From NCBI GenBank assembly GCA_041486815.1, contig JBGPMG010000002.1, forward strand, positions 1 through 42,520: a DNA stretch of 42,520 nucleotides, in the 5' to 3' direction. The DNA comes from Candidatus Eiseniibacteriota bacterium (GTDB taxonomy: Bacteria > Eisenbacteria > RBG-16-71-46 > SZUA-252). The translations under genes and the position numbers were made by a program. The stretch's first letter is position 1. Every line of letters begins with the position of its first letter. The notes under the pieces were generated by a model. The model was not told the DNA's origin and searched no databases. It was given only the letters and a program-made list of their open reading frames with translations. Shown here piece after piece: positions 34,075-42,520 of the stretch.

Positions 34075-36853
34075 GGCGCTCCCCTCCTGCTTCGGCGACA
34101 ATCCAGTAGACGCCGCTCGCCGCCTTGTGCGAGCGCCCGTCGGTGCCGTCCCATCGTATCAGGAGCCGCTCGGCCGCGGTGGGACCGTCGTAGACCGTAG
34201 CCACCGTTTCACCGCGGACGTTGATCACGCGAACCGTAACCCGCGCCAACCCCTCCGCCGGAACTTCTAAGGAGATTCCGCCCGACCCCGATAATGGATT
34301 CGGCCGGACGGGGCCGATGCGAAGGGCGCGCGGCGGCGTTGGAGGCGGCTCCGGGGCCGGGGGCGGCAGCGGAGGATCCGTGACATCGGTGGTGCCGAAC
34401 GTGAAGACGCGGCCCATGATGTCGGTGCCGCTCGAGAGCGATCGCCCGTCGGTCCAGATGACGACCAGCCGCCCGGCGGCATCCAACCCGGGACTCGGAT
34501 CCAGCTGGTCGGCGCCCAGCACATCCTGATCGACGCGCAGAACCCCGCTCTTCGGCGCCGCCCCCGACGCGAACACTTGGAGCCAGACGCTCCAGTCCCC
34601 GTCCCGGTCCGCCTCCCAGGTCGCCACGGAGGTCTCCCCCGCCACCGCGAGCCGCGGCGCGGCCTGCGCCTCCGACCCATCAGCCGGACCCAGCGCGTAG
34701 ACGCCGCTCAACGGAGCGCCGAATCGGTCGAATCCCTGGTGGTAGCACTGGCCGCGCCCCCCCACTCCCGCACCGAGCCAGGCAACCTCGACGCGGCCGT
34801 CCGGCCCAGCGCCGATCGATGGGTGCGAACGCTCCCCGCTCATGGAGGAGGCGACCTGAATCGGGGGCTGATCGGCGAGCAGATTCGCGTCCAGGTGCAC
34901 GATCCATAGCCGCTGGTTAATGCTCGCGCCCTCGGCGTAGCAAAGCCAGTAGCCGCCGGACGGATCGGCGTCGAGATCGAGCGCGAAGATCGGATCGACC
35001 GGCTCGACGGTCAGGACCGCGTGGTTTCCTCCGACGCGCGCGCCGTTCGCCGCGAGCTCCTGCGCGTAGACCCGAGGGACCCCCTCGCGGTAGTCGAGCC
35101 ACACCGCCGAGTAGCCGGATGCGGTCGCGGTGACGGCCGGGATTGCCTGAGAGCTCGGCAGACTGTCCGAGATCCAGAAGCTCGAGGAGGGCGCCGCCCC
35201 GATCGTCGAGTAGTAGAAGCCTCGAATCTCGCCCGCGTCGGAGTCTCGAGTCACGTGCGCGACCACCAGAGCCGATCCTCCCGGCGCGACCGCGGATACG
35301 GCGGACACGGCACGCGTGACCCCATCGTCTTTCCACACCCTGTGGTTCGGCCCGTCGCGGCCGCCGGCCGCGGTGATCCACTGGCCGAAGAGGTCGTTCG
35401 TGGCGGTGCGCCGGTCAATCCACGTCGCAAGGTAACGTCCGGGGCCTCGTCCCACCTCCGGCCTCAGCTGGTCGCCGGCTGCGGCATCGTCGTTGAGCTG
35501 CGTCTCCGATCCGCGCCGCGTGCCGCTCGGAAAGATGGAAATGGCGTAGATGTCCGGCGAACCGTTCCGCCCGTCTTCCCATGCGGCGAGCATGGCGTCG
35601 CGTCCGTCCCAGACCGCGCCGGGGGTGCCTTGCCTTGCGGGGATCGAGACGTTGACGCGGAAGTTGACGCCGGGTGGCGACGAATCGATCGCGACCCGCG
35701 ACGCCTCGACGTTCGAGTCGAGCCCGAGGTTTCCTCGGAGATCCTCCCAGATCAGGCAGACCCCGTCCGGAAGGCTCACCGCGCGGACCGCGCGCTGCTC
35801 GCGGCCGGGACCGTCGTCGTTCACGCGGACATTGCCTCCGATCGGAGCGCCCGACGCGCTGTAGCGTTGCGCGTACACGTCGCCCGGATCGCCCGGGAAG
35901 TTGCGCCGGTCGATCCACGCGACGACGAAACCGCCCGTGGAGTCGGTCGCGACCGCGACGGAGGTGTTCCGCTGTGGGCCCACGGTGTCGTTCACCTTGA
36001 AGTTTCCCCCGATCGGCTGCCCGTCCGCGTCGAGCCACTGCGCGTAGACGTCGAACGTCGTTCCGAAAACGGAGCCTCCTTCCCGCCCGTCGAGCCATGC
36101 GACGAGGGTCTTCCCGTCCGCCCTTGCCGCCAGGCCGGGTTCTCCCTGATAGCTTCCACCCGATATCGGGTCGACCGAGATCGCGTAGTTGGGTCCGATC
36201 GGGGCGCCGGAGCTGGTCAGCTTGGAGGCGAACACCTCGCCCTGCCCCTGTCGCTGGTCTCCCCAGACCACCAAGTATCGGTCCGTTCCTACGCTTGCCA
36301 CCTGGGGACCGGCCTGTTCCGAAAGGCCGGCGTCGTCATTCAGGCGCAGGTTGGGCGTGATCCGAAGTCCGATCGAGTCGAGGGTCGCCCCGTAGATGTC
36401 CCGATTCCCGGCCCGGCTGTCTTCCCATACGCAGAAGAAGGTGCCCGATGGGCTCGCGTCAATGGAGGGGAATCCCTGCACCGCTCCCGGGAGATCGTCG
36501 TTGAGGCGCCGATTGACCGTCGATCCGATCGCCTGCGGGTCGCGGATCGTCACCAGGTAGGTATCGAAGTCGACGACCGATCCGATCATGTTCCGTCCGT
36601 CCATCCAGGCGACGACCAGCGCGCCGGTCGAGCCTCGGGCGACGCGAGGGACCCACTGATTTCGGTCGACGCGATCGTCGTTGACGAGGAACTCGTCCTG
36701 CGCGAACGCGGGGCGGGGCGGAACCCACGCGGGACTCAGCGAAACCAGAGTGAGGAGAATGCGAAGGACGGCGCCCACGGACCGTCGATCGAGACGGTTC
36801 GCACGGGTCAGCCTTGCTCGTGGCAGGGATTCTTCGCCGGGTCCCGCTGGCAA
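34046..36853 (-). CDS. Secreted protein with ~14 degenerate ~55-aa repeats (propeller-like) and a T9SS-type C-terminal domain
   Basis: Signal peptide ..ILLTLVSLSPAWVPPRPAFAQ. Fourteen repeat units are marked by VVAWMDGRN, CVWEDSRAGNRDIYG, VVWGDQRQGQGEVFA, LVAWLDGREGG, VVAWIDRRN..DVYAQ, LIWEDLRGN, AAWEDGRNGSPDIYA, ATWIDRRTATNDLFG, VVAHVTRDSDAGEIRG, AVWLDYREGVPRVYAQ, WLCYAEGAS, VAWLGAGVGG, ATWEADRDGDWSVW and VIWTDGRSLSSGTDIMG. A Pro-rich linker PPLPPPAPEPPPTPP follows, then the tail ..VRVINVRGETVATVYDG..WDGTDGRSHKAASGVYWIVAEAGGERRALRVVQLR. Confidence 0.7.
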   Translation of the reverse strand: MPAGPGEESLPRARLTRANRLDRRSVGAVLRILLTLVSLSPAWVPPRPAFAQDEFLVNDDRVDRNQWVPRVARGSTGALVVAWMDGRNMIGSVVDFDTYLVTIRDPQAIGSTVNRRLNDDLPGAVQGFPSIDASPSGTFFCVWEDSRAGNRDIYGATLDSIGLRITPNLRLNDDAGLSEQAGPQVASVGTDRYLVVWGDQRQGQGEVFASKLTSSGAPIGPNYAISVDPISGGSYQGEPGLAARADGKTLVAWLDGREGGSVFGTTFDVYAQWLDADGQPIGGNFKVNDTVGPQRNTSVAVATDSTGGFVVAWIDRRNFPGDPGDVYAQRYSASGAPIGGNVRVNDDGPGREQRAVRAVSLPDGVCLIWEDLRGNLGLDSNVEASRVAIDSSPPGVNFRVNVSIPARQGTPGAVWDGRDAMLAAWEDGRNGSPDIYAISIFPSGTRRGSETQLNDDAAAGDQLRPEVGRGPGRYLATWIDRRTATNDLFGQWITAAGGRDGPNHRVWKDDGVTRAVSAVSAVAPGGSALVVAHVTRDSDAGEIRGFYYSTIGAAPSSSFWISDSLPSSQAIPAVTATASGYSAVWLDYREGVPRVYAQELAANGARVGGNHAVLTVEPVDPIFALDLDADPSGGYWLCYAEGASINQRLWIVHLDANLLADQPPIQVASSMSGERSHPSIGAGPDGRVEVAWLGAGVGGRGQCYHQGFDRFGAPLSGVYALGPADGSEAQAAPRLAVAGETSVATWEADRDGDWSVWLQVFASGAAPKSGVLRVDQDVLGADQLDPSPGLDAAGRLVVIWTDGRSLSSGTDIMGRVFTFGTTDVTDPPLPPPAPEPPPTPPRALRIGPVRPNPLSGSGGISLEVPAEGLARVTVRVINVRGETVATVYDGPTAAERLLIRWDGTDGRSHKAASGVYWIVAEAGGERRALRVVQLR

Positions 36854-36893
36854 GAAAGTCCACCCTTTCCGGCGTGGCGCGAGACGACGGCGC

Positions 36894-38273
36894 TCAGACT
36901 TGGAGCGCGGGGATCGTCACCTCGGGGTAACGAGCCAAAACCTCATACACGTCGCGAGAGATCGCCTGCAGGCGCTCCGGGCTCTTAGCTTCGAATCGGA
37001 CGACCAGCACCGGCTGCGTGTTGGACGCCCGAATCAGGCCCCATCCGTCGCCGAACTGGACCCTGGCCCCGTCCACGTCCAGCACCTCGTGCTGGGCGCG
37101 GTAGTGCTCGCGCACTCCATTGACAATATCAAATTTAGCGGCATCCGTACAGCCCAGCCGGATCTCCGGCGTCGCGAAGTACCGCGACTGTGGGAGCGCG
37201 TCGACCAGCGCCGAGAGCGGCCTCCTGCCCGATTCGGCCAAGATCCGAAGAAGACGGCCGGCCGCGTAGAGCGCATCGTCGTAGCCGTAAAACTCGTCCG
37301 CGAAGAACATGTGGCCCGACATCTCGCCGCCGAGCGGCGCCTGAAGCTCGCGCATCTTGGCTTTGATGAGCGAGTGGCCCGCCTTCCACATGACCGGAAT
37401 TCCGCCTTTTGCTTCCACCCATTCGACCAGGCCCTGTGAGCACTTCACCTCGAAGACAATCGGGCTGCCCGGCCTTTTCGAGAGCACGTCCGCCGCATAG
37501 AGGGCGAGGGTCTGGTCCCCGAAGAGGAGCCTCCCCTTCTCGTCCACCGCCCCGACACGGTCGGCGTCCCCGTCGAATCCGATGCCGACGTCGGCGCCGG
37601 TCGCCTGCACCCGCTCCGTGAGCGCCCGCGTCAGCTCCGGTACGGTGGGATCCGGAAGGTGATTCGGGAAGCGCCCATCAGGCTCCGCGAAGATGGCGTC
37701 GACCTGACATCCGATCGCGCGGAGGAAGCGTGGTCCCAGAATGCTTGCGGCTCCGTTGCCAGGATCGCAAACGACCTTGATCGAACCGACGGAGCCAATC
37801 TTAGCGACGAGATCCGAAAGGTAGGGCTCGTCCACGGGAACCTCTTCGACCGTGCCGCGCTCGGCCAAGGCGCCCGCCGATCGGGTCCGGTCCCGGATCT
37901 CCTGGATGTCGCTGCCGTGCAGGGATTGGACTCCGTCGGAGAGCTTGATCCCGTTGTACTCGATCGGATTGTGGCTGCCGGTCACCATCGCCCCGCCGTC
38001 CGCCTTCAGGTGAAGCACGGCGAAATAGAGCGCCGGCGTGGGGACCATGCCCACGTCGATGACGCTCGCGCCCTGGTCCTTGAGCCCGTCGATCAGCGCG
38101 GCCCGGATCCGAGGGGATGAGAGGCGGACGTCCCTCCCTACCGCGATCCGGGTCTTCCCCTGCTCGCGCATCCGCTGCGCGAACGCGCGCCCCACGGACC
38201 GGACGACGTCATCGGTAAGCTCGCGGTCGGCGATGCCGCGGATATCGTATTCGCGGAAGATCTCCGGGTTCAC
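36894..38273 (-). CDS. Phosphomannomutase/phosphoglucomutase (alpha-D-phosphohexomutase)
   Basis: [11 protein letters not shown], active-site Ser loop [12 protein letters not shown], metal loop GFDGDADR and GEMSGH are seen. The GTG start overlaps the prfB stop (GTGA at 38270-38273). Confidence 0.92.
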   Translation of the reverse strand: MNPEIFREYDIRGIADRELTDDVVRSVGRAFAQRMREQGKTRIAVGRDVRLSSPRIRAALIDGLKDQGASVIDVGMVPTPALYFAVLHLKADGGAMVTGSHNPIEYNGIKLSDGVQSLHGSDIQEIRDRTRSAGALAERGTVEEVPVDEPYLSDLVAKIGSVGSIKVVCDPGNGAASILGPRFLRAIGCQVDAIFAEPDGRFPNHLPDPTVPELTRALTERVQATGADVGIGFDGDADRVGAVDEKGRLLFGDQTLALYAADVLSKRPGSPIVFEVKCSQGLVEWVEAKGGIPVMWKAGHSLIKAKMRELQAPLGGEMSGHMFFADEFYGYDDALYAAGRLLRILAESGRRPLSALVDALPQSRYFATPEIRLGCTDAAKFDIVNGVREHYRAQHEVLDVDGARVQFGDGWGLIRASNTQPVLVVRFEAKSPERLQAISRDVYEVLARYPEVTIPALQV

Positions 38274-39374
38274 TTGGACTCCCTATGTCGAAGGTAGGCG
38301 TCGATGAATGGATCGAGGTCGCCGTCCATGACCGCCTGCACGTCGGTCACCACGACGTCCGTCCGATGATCCTTCACCTGAGTATATGGCTGGAAGACGT
38401 ACGAACGGATTTGATTTCCCCACGCGATGTCCTTCTTCCCTCCACCGAGCGCATTCAACTTCTCGCGATCCTCCTCGAGGCGCAGGGCATAGAGGCGCGC
38501 CGTAAGGACCTTGAGCGCGGCGTCCCGGTTCCGGTGCTGCGAGCGCTCGTTCTGGCATTGGACCACGAGTCCGGTCGGAAGGTGCGTGATGCGCACCGCG
38601 GACTCCGTCTTGTTCACGTGCTGTCCGCCCGCGCCGCCCGCGCGGAACGTGTCGATGCGGATGTCGCCTTCCTTGATGTCGATCTTCATGTCGTCTCCTG
38701 CCTGCGGGTAGACGAACACCGACGCGAAGGAGGTGTGCCGGCGGTGCTGCGCGTCGTACGGCGAGATCCGCACCAGTCGATGAACGCCGCGCTCCGCTTT
38801 CAGGTATCCGTAGACGAACTCTCCGTCCACCTGGATCGTGGCGTCCTTGATCCCCGCCTCGTCCCCGGGCTGCAGGTCGAGCACCTGAGCGCTCCACCCG
38901 CTTCGCTCGATATAGCGCGTGTACATCCGGAAGAGCATCTCGGCCCAGTCCTGGGACTCGGTCCCGCCGGCGCCCGGGTGGATCGTCACGATCGCGCCGT
39001 GGGCGTCGCTCTCCTCCGAAAGGAGGCTCCGCATCTCGAGGGCGCGGATTCGGGGGAGAAGAGTTTTCGACTGCTCGTCGAGCTCGGCGGCGAGCGACTC
39101 GTCGGGATCCTGGACCAGGAGGGCCGCCATTCCCTCCGCATCGTCGACCTGGCGCGAAAGATCCCGGTACGGCTCGTAGATGCGCCGGTGGGACTTCAGC
39201 TCGGCTACGACTTTCTGCGCCTTCTCCGGGTTTTCCCAGAAGCCGGGGTCCGCCATCTTGCCCTCAAGCTCCCGGGCGCGCGCTTCGCGCTGCTCGATGT
39301 CAAAGATAGCTCCGGAGCTCCGCCAGAATCTGGCGACCGTCTTCGAGCCGTTTGCGCGTCGTTAACAAATCCAT
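38270..39374 (-). CDS. prfB: Peptide chain release factor 2, expressed through a programmed +1 ribosomal frameshift
   Basis: Frame 0 runs from ATG 39374 ([24 protein letters not shown], 24 codons) to an in-frame TGA at 39302-39300. The +1 frame continues as [29 protein letters not shown].. into the 328-aa track ORF, which contains the SPF tripeptide motif (RISPYD is the local context, not an exact SPF) and [16 protein letters not shown] (GGQ motif). Confidence 0.93.
39299..39305 (-). other. prfB recoding site CTT TGA C
   Basis: The minus strand reads ..CCGGAGCTAT CTT TGA C ATC.., the canonical RF2 autoregulatory shift heptamer. An internal GGAG lies a few nt upstream. Confidence 0.9.
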
Positions 39375-39394
39375 CTCGTCCGCCCCCTTTCCGT

Positions 39395-40012
39395 TCAAGT
39401 CGAAGGACCGTCGGAGCCGGTTCGTTTCAGGCTCTCGATCTCTTCCCAAATGGCGTCCGCGCGGCGTACCAGCTCCGCGCGATCACCTTCGTTTTCGATG
39501 CGCCACTGCCGCCGCGCCCCGCGGATCGCCGGAAGCTTTTGTCCCCGGACGCGCTCACGCGCCTCCTGATCCGTGAAACCGCGCGCGGCCCGGATTCTCC
39601 GGATGCGGACGTCCTCGGGGGCCACCACCTCGATGACCCCGTCGAGCTCCGGCTCCAGACGCCACGTCGGGAGGAGGGCCGCGTCCAAGACGAGGACCCC
39701 CTCCCCCGGCGCGTCCAGAAGCTCGCGCACCCGCCGGAGAAGCACCGGTTGCACGATCGCGTTCAACCGCTCCATCGCGGGCGGATCCCGGAAGACCACC
39801 CGTCCCAGGCGCGCCCGGTCGACGTGCCCTTCGCGATCGATGACGTCCGGGCCGATCGAGGCCTCGAGCGCCTTCCGCACTTCGGGAAGGCGCAGGACCT
39901 CCCACCCCAGCGTGTCGCCGTCGACGAGCGCGGCACCCTTCTCTTCGTAACGGCGCGCCACGGTCGACTTTCCGGAGCCCATGCGCCCGGTCACGCCGAT
40001 CCGGATCATCAT
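39395..40012 (-). CDS. coaE: Dephospho-CoA kinase
   Basis: P-loop IGVTGRMGSGKST at the N-terminus. About 200 aa, with a typical CoaE layout (..VDGDTLG.., ..LLDAALL..). Confidence 0.85.
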   Translation of the reverse strand: MMIRIGVTGRMGSGKSTVARRYEEKGAALVDGDTLGWEVLRLPEVRKALEASIGPDVIDREGHVDRARLGRVVFRDPPAMERLNAIVQPVLLRRVRELLDAPGEGVLVLDAALLPTWRLEPELDGVIEVVAPEDVRIRRIRAARGFTDQEARERVRGQKLPAIRGARRQWRIENEGDRAELVRRADAIWEEIESLKRTGSDGPST

Positions 40013-40056
40013 CTCAACCTATCGGTCGCCACGGCGCACGGTCAAGCCGAATTCCC

Positions 40057-42520
40057 TCACGCGTGCGCCTCCGCCCACGTCTTTCCCCGTCCTTCGTGGA
40101 CGACGAGAGGGACGCGGAGCGGAATCGCGTGCTCCATCACTTCGCGGATGATCGGCGCCACGGTGTCGATCTCCTCCTCGTCGCTCTCGAAGAGAAGCTC
40201 GTCATGCACTTGGAGAATCAGGCGCGTCCTGAACCCTTGCTCCGCGAGAAGCGAATCGATTCTCACCATCGCGACCTTGACCAGGTCCGCGGCCGAGCCC
40301 TGGATCGGCGTATTGATCGCGGCACGCTCCGCCTCCGCCCGGCGGGCCCCCTCGCCCCGGAGGCCGGGCAGCGGCCTGCGTCGCTTCAAGATCGTCTCGA
40401 CGTATCCGGTTCGGCGCGCCGACTCCAACACTTGATCCAGATAGGCCGCCACTCCCGAGAGGGTGCGCTTGTACTCCTCGATGAATGCGGCCGCCAGCGC
40501 CCGCGAGAGGGAGAGCTCGCGCGCAAGGCGAGCCGCGCCCATGCCGTAGAGAATGCCGAAGTTCACCACCTTGGCCTGCGCCCGCTGCGCGGGCGTCACG
40601 GCTTCCGGCGCGACCCCGAAGAGGCGCGACGCGGTGGTGGCGTGGACGTCTTCGCCTGTCCGGAACGCCTCGGTCAAGACCGGATCGTGGGAAAGGTGAG
40701 CGAGCAGCCGGAGCTCGACCTGCGAGTAGTCGAATGACGCCAGGAGCCCCCGCTCCCCTTCCGCGACGAACGCTCGGCGAATCGCGCGCCCCTCCTCCGT
40801 GCGGATCGGTATGTTCTGGAGGCTGGGATCGCTCGCGCTCAGCCGCCCGGTCGAAGCGACCGTCTGATGAAAGGTGGCGTGGACTCTTCCTGTCTCGGGG
40901 TTCACCAGGAGCGGCAGCGAATCGACGTAGGTCGTCTTCAGCTTCTGGGACTGGCGATGGGCCAGAAGGAGCTTCGGGAGCGGGTGGAGCGACGCCAGCT
41001 GCTCCAATACCTCGACGTCGGTCGAGTAGCCCTCCCTCGTCCTCTTGCCCTTCGGGAGCTTGAGGCGCTCGAAGAGGACCTCCGCGACCTGGCGCGTCGA
41101 GTTCACGTTGAACGGCACGCCCGCCGCCTCCTGAATCTCAGCCTCGAGGCGCGCCAGCTCGCGCCCCAGATCGGCCGACATCGACTCCAGGGGCCGCGTG
41201 TCCAGCTTCACCCCGGCGCGCTCCATCCGTGTCAGGACGCCGACCAGCGGCATCTCCACGTCGTTGAAGAGCGCCAGGACGCCGGCGGCCTCCATCTCCT
41301 GACGAAGGATCGGGACGAGGCGCACGACGGCGTCCGCGTCCTCGGACGCGTATTCGGCCACGCGGTCGACAGGGAGCGCGGCCATGGTGACCTGGTCCCG
41401 CCCCGAGCCGATCAACGCCGCCGTCGGGATCTTCTCGAGCCCGAGCCGCGATGCGGCCAGCGCGTCCAGGTTCTTGGGCTGATCGGGATCGACCAGGTAC
41501 GAGGCGACCATGGTGTCGGACGAAACGTCCCGGATCGGGATCCCGAAGCGGTGGAGCACGTGCCAATCGTACTTCGCGTTCTGCGCGACGCGCTGAGCCT
41601 GGGGAGAGTCGAAGAAGGGACGGAGCGCCTCCCGCACGCGGTCCGGATCGAGATTCGGGCCCACCTTGTGGCCGACCGGCAGGTAGAACGCGCGCCCTGG
41701 AGCGGTCGCGATCGAGATCCCGACGAGGTCCGCGCGCATCGGATTGAGCCCCGTCGTCTCCGTGTCGAAGGCAACCGGGTCGCGCGCCTCCAGAAGCTCC
41801 TGCGAAAGCGCCGTTAGCTCCCGATCGCTACGCACAATCTGGTAGTCGCCGTAGGGCGGCCGCGTCGCGGCGGGGGTCTCCGGCGGAAAAAGCTCTCCGG
41901 GCAGCGGCTCCGCGATCACCGGCGCGCGCTCCGCGATCACGGGCGCGAATCGGCGTCGGAGCGCGTGAAAGTCCAGGTCGTCGAGGAGCCGGTTGAGCTC
42001 GGTCGCCCGGATCGGGCCGCGGTCGAGCTCCCACCAGTGGCGGTCGAGCGGAAGATCGGATCGGATCGTGACAAGCTTTCGGCTCAAGAGGGCGCGCTCT
42101 TGGTTAAGACGCAACTTCTCGCGCAGAGAGGCGCGCTCCACCTGATCGAGAGACTGATAGAGGGCGTCGACCGAGTGGAATCGCTGGATGAGCTGCGCCG
42201 CCGTTCTCTCGCCGACTCCGGGAACCCCCGGCACGTTGTCCGACGCGTCGCCCATGAGGGCCAAGAGATCGACGATCTCCTCCGGCGCCACGCCGAAGCG
42301 CTCACGCACCGCCGCGCGGTCGATCGGGACGAGCTCGCCGCCCCGGTTCTGCGGCGCCAGCACTTGGACCCGGTCGGAGACGAGCTGGAAAAAGTCCTTG
42401 TCGCCGGTCACGATCATCGCGGTCGCCCCGTCCCGCTCCGCCTCCCGGGCTAAGCTCCCGATCAGATCGTCGGCTTCGACGCCGGGCTGCTCCACGATCG
42501 GGATCCCGAGCAGACGGATC
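40057..42520 (-). CDS. polA: DNA polymerase I (5' end beyond the window; most of the 5'-nuclease domain is missing)
   Basis: The frame stays open to the window edge (..IRLLGIPIVEQPGVEADDLIGSLA). It shows the 3'-5' exonuclease region (VAFDTETTGL), polymerase motif A DYSQVELRLLAH, motif B RAQAKVVNFGILYGMG and motif C LQVHDELLFE. Confidence 0.95.
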   Translation of the reverse strand, partial: IRLLGIPIVEQPGVEADDLIGSLAREAERDGATAMIVTGDKDFFQLVSDRVQVLAPQNRGGELVPIDRAAVRERFGVAPEEIVDLLALMGDASDNVPGVPGVGERTAAQLIQRFHSVDALYQSLDQVERASLREKLRLNQERALLSRKLVTIRSDLPLDRHWWELDRGPIRATELNRLLDDLDFHALRRRFAPVIAERAPVIAEPLPGELFPPETPAATRPPYGDYQIVRSDRELTALSQELLEARDPVAFDTETTGLNPMRADLVGISIATAPGRAFYLPVGHKVGPNLDPDRVREALRPFFDSPQAQRVAQNAKYDWHVLHRFGIPIRDVSSDTMVASYLVDPDQPKNLDALAASRLGLEKIPTAALIGSGRDQVTMAALPVDRVAEYASEDADAVVRLVPILRQEMEAAGVLALFNDVEMPLVGVLTRMERAGVKLDTRPLESMSADLGRELARLEAEIQEAAGVPFNVNSTRQVAEVLFERLKLPKGKRTREGYSTDVEVLEQLASLHPLPKLLLAHRQSQKLKTTYVDSLPLLVNPETGRVHATFHQTVASTGRLSASDPSLQNIPIRTEEGRAIRRAFVAEGERGLLASFDYSQVELRLLAHLSHDPVLTEAFRTGEDVHATTASRLFGVAPEAVTPAQRAQAKVVNFGILYGMGAARLARELSLSRALAAAFIEEYKRTLSGVAAYLDQVLESARRTGYVETILKRRRPLPGLRGEGARRAEAERAAINTPIQGSAADLVKVAMVRIDSLLAEQGFRTRLILQVHDELLFESDEEEIDTVAPIIREVMEHAIPLRVPLVVHEGRGKTWAEAHA

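Overview
GC-rich (by eye about two-thirds G+C) bacterial chromosomal segment. I found no rRNA, CRISPR array, transposase, integrase or phage genes. I call about 36 protein genes and one tRNA. All genes from 6967 to the right edge lie on the minus strand except one small ORF at 10875-11099. They are tightly packed, with several 4-nt start/stop overlaps (ATGA, GTGA, TTGA). Most long plus-strand ORFs in the track are antisense artefacts of the high GC content. Housekeeping content: rel/spoT (partial), recJ, glpX, a bshB1-like deacetylase, split transketolase, a pfk-gap-pgk-tpiA-secG-tRNA-Leu(GAG) unit, pmbA/tldD, a GH57 glucan-branching enzyme, phosphomannomutase, prfB (with its +1 frameshift, missed by the ORF track), coaE and polA (partial). 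The non-housekeeping content is cell-envelope related. It comprises (i) a tightly coupled four-gene module of a SusC-like TonB-dependent barrel, a 928-aa protein with a T9SS-type C-terminal domain, PorV and a GWxTD-domain protein (16057-24099); (ii) an outer-membrane barrel plus DOMON/EB_dh-like lipoprotein pair (27196-30028); and (iii) two further secreted proteins with T9SS-type C-terminal domains, a 14-repeat propeller-like protein and an HExxH metalloprotease (32173-36853). I rank the four-gene module as the best candidate for an undescribed system. PorV, the T9SS-type tails, GWxTD and the bacillithiol-type deacetylase suggest a high-GC member of the FCB superphylum (Gemmatimonadota-like or a related candidate phylum). 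That placement is inference only. All homology calls come from motif recognition by eye, not from searches.
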